Below, in pieces: positions 1-7,383 of a stretch of DNA of 64,000 nucleotides. The notes beneath the pieces were generated by a model. It was given only the letters and a program-made list of their open reading frames with translations. It was not told where the DNA came from and made no database searches. The first letter of the stretch is position 1, and each line of letters opens with the position of its first letter. A program made the translations under genes and the position numbers. Source of the DNA: an uncultured Erysipelotrichaceae bacterium (GTDB taxonomy: Bacteria > Bacillota_I > Bacilli_A > Erysipelotrichales > Erysipelotrichaceae); NCBI GenBank assembly GCA_964489695.1, contig CAZAZP010000003.1, forward strand, positions 884 to 64,883, written 5' to 3'.

Positions 1-519
1 TCCATTTTTTATCTCCTATCTTTGGTTTGTAAGCCCTTCATCTATTGACTCATATTTATAATGCAGTGCAGCTTCTAGCAGCTCTCAAGCACTCATTTAT
101 AAGTTAGCATCCAAAAATATAGCTGTCCAATCACAATCCCCCATTATCTATCTCCAACATTGGATTTAGTTATAGTAACATTGTCAAATGCTCTATTAAA
201 TAAAATGGAAACTATTAGTTAACTCTTGGCTGATGTTGGATTTAATGTGACTATAAAATCGAGCATAACCTTTTGGATTAGACTTTCTTATTTTTAAAAA
301 GCTATCCTGATGTAAAAACAAGGAGCTACCCATTTTTTATTTGATAAAATATTGGTCTACGTGTAATAACACGGTCTATTATTTCAAATTTGTCTTTAAG
401 TATAGGTATTTTAAGTATAGCAGATATATAATTTCTTAACTAGTCAGTACTCCCCTTCGGATAGAAAAACCTGAATTGAGAAGCATTTGTATGACTTGGA
501 ATTAATTAAAAATTGGCTG

Positions 520-1105
520 CATGTTGTCATTGCCACTGCTATCGACTTGCTAGTCTTTAACTAAGCGTGATCAACTCCCTTCGATGTTATTAGACTAATA
601 AGAGAGAGAATGAAAGAGATAGCTAGCTACTTGAGTGGAGAACAACAAAAGAAAACGGTGAAGTATATCGAAGTTCGGGTTACTAAAAATCCAACGAGGT
701 TAAAGATTTTATTGGATACCTAACAAGCATTTGATAAAACAAAATAAAGTCTAGTCGAAAAACGAAACCTTTAATTACTGCTAGCGAAGAAAAACTTCAG
801 AAAATAAAGAAACAGCAAAAGTATTACAAAAGACTCTGCGGTAACTCGCATAACCTAGAATTTCTCGATTGTGTATGAGTCAATGATATTGGGGAAAGGA
901 TGCAGCCAGGTTATATTATCTCGATTTTCCAAAACTATTAGACTAACATGGTTTTGGAAGTATTCGCTTTCATGATTTCAGACCTAGTTGAGCTAGTTTG
1001 TTTTTGGACAATGTAGCTATGAAGCAGATCCAAGGTTAGCTCGGGTCAAGTGACTTTTCAACTACAGCTAATAGCGATGGCCATCTTGATTTCATATCTC
1101 AATAA
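520..1105 (+). pseudogene. tyrosine recombinase (phage/ICE-type integrase) remnant, C-terminal catalytic part, several in-frame stops and at least one frameshift
   Basis: Frame from 750 reads SSRKTKPLITASEEKLQKIKKQQKYYKRLCGNSHNLEFLDCV*VNDIGE. A different frame from 962 reads IRFHDFRPS*ASLFLDNVAMKQIQG*LGSSDFSTTANSDGHLDF, matching the integrase box II pattern (hDLRHs..s.L...G...iq..LGHs...tT..Y.H) broken by stops. The 5' limit is uncertain. Confidence 0.6.
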
Positions 1106-1287
1106 AAAAACGACTTACATTGATAAAGTAAAATAGTTGAATTTTAGCGGAGAGAACTGGGCCCCTTATGACACCTTATAAAATAGATTCTCTAAAAACT
1201 TTTGGAGAGAACTAAAAGCACTTTTAACATAAAAAAAGCGTATTCAGAGTCACCTGTCGTTGATAAATAAATTTTGAAGGTAATTCT

Positions 1288-1830
1288 ATGAAAAAGAAAA
1301 GCAAGTGCGATCATCTGCTGAAAGAGTATCCTGCAGTCATTTCTAAAGACCAATTTTATAGGATATGCAGCATCAGCAAGAAAACAGCAAAGCATCTCCT
1401 GGACAATGGACTTGTACCTTGTATTGATAGTGGGAAGAAAACTCGAAAATACAAGATAGAAATGGTTGATGTGATTCAGTATCTAGAAGAAAGAGATGTT
1501 GATCCAGATAAATTTACAGCTCCAATAAGCTAGTATAAAAATGATTATGGTAGTAGAGAGTATACTCCTAAGAAAAAATCCTTAACGACTAAGGAAAAGC
1601 AAAAATTAAAAGTCAAGTATATTCATCTAATGAAAGGTTATCCGGAAGTATTAACCACCAAGGAAATAGCAACCATAACCAGCTATAACCGTAATTCGGT
1701 TTCAAAGTGGTTTTCCAAAGATTTGCTAAAATATCTTCATATGGGCTCTCAATACTTAGTGCCCAAAACTTATTTACTAGGATTTATGATGGGGCCTCAT
1801 TTTAGGGGATTAAAGGGGCGTTCCGAATGA
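1288..1830 (+). pseudogene. double helix-turn-helix (excisionase-like) DNA-binding protein of integrative elements, interrupted by one in-frame TAG at 1531-1533
   Basis: ORFs 1288-1533 and 1630-1830 share a frame and no other stop lies between them. Each half carries an HTH-like segment (YPAVISKDQFYRICSISKKTAKHLL and YPEVLTTKEIATITSYNRNSVSKWF). It lies directly downstream of the integrase remnant. Confidence 0.55.
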
Positions 1831-1957
1831 AATTCATCACACTTCCTATATAGATTCAACTTGTTTACACTTATAACTATAAAAGCATGCATTAATTAAC
1901 CGACAAAATATAAAAAATGTCAGCATTCTAATGCAAATTTGATGACTGAAAATTGCT

Positions 1958-1982
1958 GCCCACACCAATGGGTGGCTTTTTT
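1958..1982. terminator. imperfect GC-rich hairpin with U-tracts on both sides (possible bidirectional terminator or expression platform)
   Basis: gcccacaccaatgggtggc followed by tttttt on the plus strand. On the minus strand the same hairpin is followed by AGCAATTTTC. Confidence 0.4.
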
Positions 1983-1983
1983 A

Positions 1984-2072
1984 TGCGGAGAAGGTGGAAT
2001 TCCCGCTGAGCGCTCTCGCTCTCTTAGGCCAGGACGGGTGAATGCACCCAAGGTCGCATCTACTTCTTCCGC
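1984..2072 (-). promoter_or_regulatory. candidate riboswitch-like structured RNA (89 nt, possibly THF/folT-class aptamer), orphan
   Basis: A GC-rich island in AT-rich DNA. The minus-strand RNA is GCGGAAGAAGUAGAUGCGACC..GGGUGCAUUCACCC..GAGCGAGAGCGCUC..CUUCUCCGCA. It has a closing helix and two internal hairpins, one with an AGAG loop. It shares AGUAGAUG and GCGAGAGCGC with the E. siraeum THF aptamer as I recall it. Confidence 0.3.
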
Positions 2073-2107
2073 CCGTTCTCATCCCACCCTATTGTCTTCA
2101 CCTTTAT

Positions 2108-2137
2108 AAAATAAAATACCAGGTCTTTCGACTTGGT
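2108..2137 (-). terminator. intrinsic terminator after tRNA-Ser
   Basis: Minus-strand ACCAAGUC-GAAA-GACCUGGU (one mismatch) followed by AUUUUAUUUU. Confidence 0.6.
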
Positions 2138-2151
2138 AGCTTTCAACAAAG

Positions 2152-2242
2152 TGGCGGATGAGGAGAGATTTGAACTCTCGCCAGCGTTACCACTGCTATC
2201 GGTTTTCGAGACCGACCCCTTCAGCCGCTTGGGTACTCATCC
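2152..2242 (-). tRNA. tRNA-Ser (anticodon CGA), type II with long variable arm, encoded CCA
   Basis: The reverse complement folds as a cloverleaf: GGATGAG acceptor, anticodon loop CTCGAAA, T-arm GAGAG-TTCAAAT-CTCTC, 3' end CTCATCCGCCA. Confidence 0.9.
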
Positions 2243-2309
2243 ACGATTTTTATTATAACAAATTCAGCCCAAAAATAAAGAAAAACCACCAAGTGGTTTA
2301 TTGAAGGAT

Positions 2310-2385
2310 TGGTGGAGCCTATCGGGATCGAACCGATGACCCCCTGCGTGCAAGGCAGGTGCTCTCCCAGCTGAGCTAAGACCCC
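2310..2385 (-). tRNA. tRNA-Ala (anticodon UGC)
   Basis: GGGGTCTTAGCTCAGCTGGGAGAGC..CTTGCAC loop..GGTTCGATCC..CCACCA. The G3:U70 identity pair is present. Confidence 0.95.
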
Positions 2386-2400
2386 ATAACGCATCTATTT

Positions 2401-2477
<77 letters not shown>

Positions 2478-2499
2478 TCGTGCTTATAAATGCTTTATT

Positions 2500-2528
2500 A
2501 ATATATCATTTAATCAAATCAGTGTCAA
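2500..2528 (-). promoter_or_regulatory. sigma-A type promoter for the tRNA Ile-Ala-Ser cluster
   Basis: Minus strand TTGACA, 17 nt, TATATT. The -10 ends about 22 nt upstream of the tRNA-Ile 5' end. Confidence 0.6.
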
Positions 2529-2561
2529 CCAAAAAAGTTGGTTTTCTTAGCGGAATAAAGA

Positions 2562-3113
2562 TTAAACTAACCCAGCTGCTAATAACTTAGGATAATCGTG
2601 TAAAGCACCTTCATAAATTAAAGATAGACCCGGCTGATGAGCAAAATCCATCGGTTTAGTTAAGCCTGGCGCTTTAGCTAAAATGTTAATTCCACTCCGC
2701 TGTAATACCGTCGCCACAAACTGCGAACAAAAATATTTATTTTCTCGCTCCAATGGTTTATTGACTAACGCGGTCATGACTCCCGCAAAATTATAACCAT
2801 ACTTCTTTTGGCCAATAATAAATCCCTCAATCTCTTGTTCTAAACTTTGGTATTGCTTTTCACTCACCGTAATCTCATATAGTTGACAAGTGGCAGATTT
2901 AAATTTCTTAAAAGTCCCATTTTTAAGATCTTCTTGGACAAAGCCTGCAATAATGGGGTTATTGGGTTTAAGACGCGCAAAACTATACATCCGCGTCAAT
3001 TCCTTATTCAAAGAAATTGAAGCATGGGCGTAAGGATCTTTAGTATAATAGTGAATCGCTTTAGATGGCACTGAGCCACTATAGGATAATAATAAATAAA
3101 TCTTTTTGCTCAT
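2562..3113 (-). CDS. hypothetical protein, possibly permuted papain-fold (YiiX-like) hydrolase
   Basis: ORF track, FCSQFV cysteine motif. Start moved to the ATG at 3113 (MSKKIY) behind GGAG. The longer start at 3137 is possible. Confidence 0.4.
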   Translation of the reverse strand: MSKKIYLLLSYSGSVPSKAIHYYTKDPYAHASISLNKELTRMYSFARLKPNNPIIAGFVQEDLKNGTFKKFKSATCQLYEITVSEKQYQSLEQEIEGFIIGQKKYGYNFAGVMTALVNKPLERENKYFCSQFVATVLQRSGINILAKAPGLTKPMDFAHQPGLSLIYEGALHDYPKLLAAGLV

Positions 3114-3170
3114 ATCGCTCCAATAATTAGTAACCATTTAATCTTACCGTTTAAGCCACGATATTTCAAG

Positions 3171-3875
3171 TTAGTCAGTTTGTTTATCAGGATAATGATA
3201 TTGGTGGTTAAACTTAACAAATCGTTCGGTAATCAGATGAGGTCGACTAATAGCTGAACCAATCGTTACCATATCAGCTCCAGCTCTTAAAACTGCCTTT
3301 AAATCAGCAACTTCCCAAATACCCCCTTCACCATTGATTGGTAAATTAATGGTTTCTTTCATTTGTTTAATCAATACTAAATCAGGCTCTCCCGTAATAA
3401 CCAACGGAGATAAAGTCGTTGCGACAATATCAACTAATCCACTAAGTTGCGCTACCTTAGCATCTGCTAAGGAAGTACAATCCGCCATAATTAAAATATG
3501 TGGGGCAAAATCTTTAATTAAGCGTAATAATTCAAAATAATCTTCCACGGTCCGAAAATTATTAATTCGACTATCAAGACCAATGATATCAGCACCCGCA
3601 TCAATCAAAGCTTGGGCGGATAAAAAATCAGGTGTAATAAAAACTCCCGATAATTGATCTGTTTCTACCTTATCAATTCCAATTAACGGAAAATCACCCA
3701 GCTCACGAATCGCTTTAATATCTTGAGTCCAACAAGCGCGAATCCCCGCGGCACCACCTAGCAAGGCACTTTGGGCCATCGCGCGCATCTGCTTGGGACC
3801 ATAAAGCGGAGTATCGGGGTAAGCTTGGGTCGAAACAATAATCTGACCAGTTAGTTTTTTTATAATTTGGTGCAT
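3171..3875 (-). CDS. nanE: N-acetylmannosamine-6-phosphate 2-epimerase
   Basis: The whole length resembles NanE (IVSTQA..PL..P..M..MA.SA..GGA.GIR...LIG; final GADMVTIGSAISRP). The ATG at 3875 follows AAAGGAG. Confidence 0.85.
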   Translation of the reverse strand: MHQIIKKLTGQIIVSTQAYPDTPLYGPKQMRAMAQSALLGGAAGIRACWTQDIKAIRELGDFPLIGIDKVETDQLSGVFITPDFLSAQALIDAGADIIGLDSRINNFRTVEDYFELLRLIKDFAPHILIMADCTSLADAKVAQLSGLVDIVATTLSPLVITGEPDLVLIKQMKETINLPINGEGGIWEVADLKAVLRAGADMVTIGSAISRPHLITERFVKFNHQYHYPDKQTD

Positions 3876-3886
3876 AAAGACTCCTT

Positions 3887-4561
3887 TTACCACACATGGG
3901 GGATTAGAAGATCAGTAACTTGTTTTTGATAATCAGTATAACCAATTAAATTTTCTTGAAGTAGTTTATCCTCAAAATAAGTTCGTAGAAAAACAATAAT
4001 CCAAATCAAAGCCGTCATTATAAAAACTTTTAAATTTAAGAAAATTAAAGCCATGCCGAGACTAGTTAATAAATTGGCTAAATAAGTCGGATGACGAACA
4101 ATTTGGTAAACACCAGCTGTAACGACACTTTGCGTTTTATCAGTTTGTATGCGGGCGGAAACTTCTAAAAAGGGATTGACGATTAAAGCTGCGGTAGCTA
4201 ACAAGCTACCAATTGTAATTAAAACTAAACCAAAAACCAGACTAGTAATTTCAAATTTTACAGCAGTAAATTCAAGACCAATGATTAAGTAAAGCACAAA
4301 GAAATCTAATAACCAAAAGCTAATTACCAATATTTTATCAATCAAAGGAGTTGATGGGTCTAACCGATTGCGAGCAGCTAAGACAGCGGGATTTTTTCGA
4401 GCCACAATTATACTTAAAATTAAAGTTAAAACTATCGCATAGCTAAAATAAAGCGCTACTTGCCAATTCAGAGCGCCTTTTGATCCAAGTAAAAATAACC
4501 CTAAACCAATAAATCTTTGGAGCATTATTTTTAATAATGAAGTATAAAGTTGTTTTTTCAT
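3887..4561 (-). CDS. isoprenylcysteine carboxyl / phospholipid methyltransferase family membrane protein
   Basis: Multi-TM protein with the C-terminal GVYQIVRHPTYLANLL motif typical of the ICMT/PEMT family. Confidence 0.7.
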   Translation of the reverse strand: MKKQLYTSLLKIMLQRFIGLGLFLLGSKGALNWQVALYFSYAIVLTLILSIIVARKNPAVLAARNRLDPSTPLIDKILVISFWLLDFFVLYLIIGLEFTAVKFEITSLVFGLVLITIGSLLATAALIVNPFLEVSARIQTDKTQSVVTAGVYQIVRHPTYLANLLTSLGMALIFLNLKVFIMTALIWIIVFLRTYFEDKLLQENLIGYTDYQKQVTDLLIPHVW

Positions 4562-4610
4562 TAAGTCCTCACTTTAAATCTATTGTGTGAAATTACGCCG
4601 GCTTTGTCAA

Positions 4611-4639
4611 GAAAACAAAACCTAGTCATTAAGACTAGG
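4611..4639 (-). terminator. intrinsic terminator after tRNA-Ala(GGC)
   Basis: Perfect 7-bp stem CCTAGTC-TTAAT-GACTAGG followed by TTTTGTTTTC on the minus strand. Confidence 0.7.
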
Positions 4640-4651
4640 CGATAAGCTGTT

Positions 4652-4727
4652 TGGTGGAGACAAGGGGACTTGAACCCCTGACCTTTTGAATGCCATTCAA
4701 ACGCGCTCCCAGCTGCGCCATGCCCCC
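4652..4727 (-). tRNA. tRNA-Ala (anticodon GGC)
   Basis: GGGGGCATGGCGCAGCTGGGAGCGC, anticodon loop ATGGCAT, GGTTCAAGTCC, CTCCACCA. G3:U70 is present. Confidence 0.9.
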
Positions 4728-4771
4728 ATTAATAGCTCTTTTATTATAACATAAGATTAGCTAAAGCCAAC

Positions 4772-7294
4772 TCATATTGGCTTAGGCCGATCATAAAAGT
4801 ACTTCAAAACCGACATCGTAAAACTAAAGCCAATTAAAATCAAAATTAAGGTTAAACCAATGACGGTTGATAACGGCACGAGATCTAAAAATACTGCTAG
4901 TGGACTAAAAGGTAAATAAATCGTCACTCCAGCCACTCCTAATAAAACTGCCAATAATATTGGTTGAAGTCGTTGTTTTAAAATTGAGGTGGTTGAGCGC
5001 ATAATTAATAATTGAACTAGTTCCGTTAACACCGACAACACAAACCAACTAGTTTGAAAAACAACTGGTGAGACCTGTAAGCCAACTAATAAGATGAAAA
5101 AAGTTAAATAATCAGACAATGTACTAATTAAACCAAAACTAAACATCACTCTTTTTAAAGCGCTTAAATCAAAATGAACTGGTTTAGCTAATTGTTGTTT
5201 TAAAACTTCATCTTGGGTTAACAACATGACAGGTAAATCAGTTAAAAAATTAATTAAGAGTAATTGTTTAGGCAATAATGGTAAAAATGGTAAAAATAAC
5301 GCCGCCCCCGCCAGACTAATAATGTTGCCAAAATTAGCACTTAAAGTTAACATTAAATACTTTTGCGTGTTAATAAAAGCTGTTCGGCCAATTTCAATTC
5401 CACGCGACAGCACTGCTAAACTTTTTTCTAATAAAACTAAATCTGCCGCTTCTTTCGCGACACTAACCGCACTTTTGACCGAAATCCCGACATCCGCCGC
5501 ATGTAAAGCTACGGCATCATTAATCCCATCACCTAAATAACCGACTACTTTCTGTTGTTTTTTTAAACTAAGAATTATTTGTTCTTTTTGTAAGGGATCA
5601 ACTTCCGCAAAAATTGTGGTGTTTAAAACAGCTACTTGTTGTTGTTCAGGTGTTAGTTTCGCCCAAGCTTGACCAGTAATGACGGATTTTAGTGGCAGTT
5701 TTAAACTTTGAGCGACGCTTTGACTAACTGCCAAATTATCTCCAGTAATAATCTTTAGCTCAATCCCAAGATTTTCTAAATGTTTGATAGTAGCTTTAAC
5801 ACCAGCTTTGGGTGGATCATAAAATAACAAAAACCCCAGCAAGTTTAGTTTGCTTTCTAGCTCTAGTTCGTGTTTAATTGGTTCAGTTAAAAAGCGATTG
5901 GCCAGAGCTAAAACACGAAAACCCGCCGCACTATAATTATTAAAGAGTTTTTCAATCGCTTGATAAGTTTTTTGATCTAGTGGTAGTTGGTCGAGTTCAT
6001 TTTGATAAGTCACACAAAGAGGTAAAACTTTACTAACTGCTCCCTTACAAATTAAACGTTGCTGCTGATTGGTTTGGACAATCACACTTTGACGTTGACG
6101 TGAAAAATCAAAGGCTAATTCCCCCATTTTTAAAGGTACATCTTTAGGCTTACTGCCAGCTTGCATAATGGCTTGATCTAGCGGATTCGCATAACTACTT
6201 TGTAAGCTGGCGTTAAGATAAGCTTCTTTTAGTACTAATTCATCCGGTAGTCCTAACGCATTAACCCCACGATCAAGTTTAATAACTCCAGCTGTTAACG
6301 TGCCCGTTTTATCAGTACATAAAACGGTTAAACTACCTAAGTTTTCAAGTGAAGTTAAATGACGCACTAACACACCATGCTTTGCCATTTTAAGTGACCC
6401 ACGGGATAAAGTAATATTGACAATGGCTGGTAATAATTGGGGCGTTAACCCGACCGCTAACGCTACTGAAAAAAGTAATGAAGTCAAAAATGGTCGCTCA
6501 AATAATAAGTTAACCACTAAAATAAAACTCGTTAAGCTGAGCATAATCCGACTCATTAAAACTCCAAAATCACGAATTCCCCGTTCAAAATCAGTTAACG
6601 GTGGCTCTTTATCTAAATGAGTTTGGAGTTGCCCTAAAAATGTTTCTTTACCTAGCGCGGTAACCAGCATTAAACCACTACCACTTGTTACAACGGTACT
6701 TTGATAAACACAATTACTCCGCTCTCCAATTGCTGTTTCTAGTGCACTGGACTTTGTATCTTTCGTTTCAGGCCAACTCTCACCAGTTAACGCTGCTTGA
6801 TTGACACTTAATTGACTACTTTCAATGATTAAGCCATCAGCTGGAATAATCGAACCAGTTGCGATCTTTACGATATCGCCTAATACTAATTGACTAATCG
6901 GTTGTTCTGACCACTGCTGATCACGTTTAACTAAGGCTTGCATTTTCAAATGATTTTTAAGTCGGGTTAACGCTAATTCTGCCCCTGTTTCTTGCCAGAA
7001 GCTTAACACCGTACTTGCTAAGACAATTAAAAAGATGATTAAAGAGTCGATTACTTCTCCACTAAATAACGCAATCAACGTAGCACTTAACATTAATAAA
7101 TAAATCGGATTAGTAAACTGCTTGAAAAATTGTCCAATTAAGCGTTTACGCTTTTCCCACTGACTAGGCGGTTGACTAAGATTATTTTGACGGGCTTTAA
7201 CTTCTTGACTAGATAAACCATCAAAATTAGTCTTAAAATAATCGTAAGCTTGGGCGGTCGTCCAAGTCCAATAGCTAATATTTTTATTGGTCAT
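4772..7294 (-). CDS. mgtA: P-type cation-transporting ATPase, MgtA-like (Mg2+ importer type)
   Basis: Motifs CTDKTGTLT, TGES, GDGINDAVALHAADVGISV and ten predicted TM segments. The ATG at 7294 follows GAGG; the alternative start is 7315. Confidence 0.8.
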   Translation of the reverse strand: MTNKNISYWTWTTAQAYDYFKTNFDGLSSQEVKARQNNLSQPPSQWEKRKRLIGQFFKQFTNPIYLLMLSATLIALFSGEVIDSLIIFLIVLASTVLSFWQETGAELALTRLKNHLKMQALVKRDQQWSEQPISQLVLGDIVKIATGSIIPADGLIIESSQLSVNQAALTGESWPETKDTKSSALETAIGERSNCVYQSTVVTSGSGLMLVTALGKETFLGQLQTHLDKEPPLTDFERGIRDFGVLMSRIMLSLTSFILVVNLLFERPFLTSLLFSVALAVGLTPQLLPAIVNITLSRGSLKMAKHGVLVRHLTSLENLGSLTVLCTDKTGTLTAGVIKLDRGVNALGLPDELVLKEAYLNASLQSSYANPLDQAIMQAGSKPKDVPLKMGELAFDFSRQRQSVIVQTNQQQRLICKGAVSKVLPLCVTYQNELDQLPLDQKTYQAIEKLFNNYSAAGFRVLALANRFLTEPIKHELELESKLNLLGFLLFYDPPKAGVKATIKHLENLGIELKIITGDNLAVSQSVAQSLKLPLKSVITGQAWAKLTPEQQQVAVLNTTIFAEVDPLQKEQIILSLKKQQKVVGYLGDGINDAVALHAADVGISVKSAVSVAKEAADLVLLEKSLAVLSRGIEIGRTAFINTQKYLMLTLSANFGNIISLAGAALFLPFLPLLPKQLLLINFLTDLPVMLLTQDEVLKQQLAKPVHFDLSALKRVMFSFGLISTLSDYLTFFILLVGLQVSPVVFQTSWFVLSVLTELVQLLIMRSTTSILKQRLQPILLAVLLGVAGVTIYLPFSPLAVFLDLVPLSTVIGLTLILILIGFSFTMSVLKYFYDRPKPI

Positions 7295-7345
7295 GCTGTT
7301 GCCTCGCTGAAGCATAATTGCTTACCTATTTATAATTTAGCACAA

Positions 7346-7374
7346 AGAAAAAAAGATGTTAACTAGTAACATCT
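7346..7374. terminator. bidirectional intrinsic terminator after ppdK
   Basis: AGATGTTA-ACTAG-TAACATCT, an 8-bp stem flanked by an A-run and a T-run. Confidence 0.7.
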
Positions 7375-7383
7375 TTTTCTGGT

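Noticed and set aside
1-20. AGGAG-N7-ATG on the minus strand, with the start codon at 5..3.
   Set aside because: It is probably the start of a gene that lies entirely outside the window. Only 5 nt are visible, so it cannot be annotated.
1192-1395. Minus-strand 67-aa ORF in the mobile-element remnant.
   Set aside because: It overlaps the start of the plus-strand HTH gene, has no RBS and no recognisable similarity, and lies in decayed DNA.
1984-2072. Reading the GC-rich element as a tRNA-Sec, a type II tRNA pseudogene or a tmRNA 3' fragment, because of its roughly 90-nt length and GGAAGA-like 5' end.
   Set aside because: It has no 7-nt anticodon loop (the GGGTG/CACCC helix closes a 4-nt loop), no GTTCRANYC T-loop and no CCA end. 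The SRP RNA domain IV motif is also absent.
2478-4771. Expected rRNA genes next to the tRNA-Ile(GAU)/tRNA-Ala(UGC) pair.
   Set aside because: The flanks are ordinary protein genes and a promoter. There is no 16S 3' end or 23S 5' end sequence.
7295-7383. A possible M-box (Mg2+) riboswitch upstream of the MgtA-like ATPase.
   Set aside because: The spacer is under 90 nt and is mostly occupied by the ppdK terminator, so it is far too short for an M-box.
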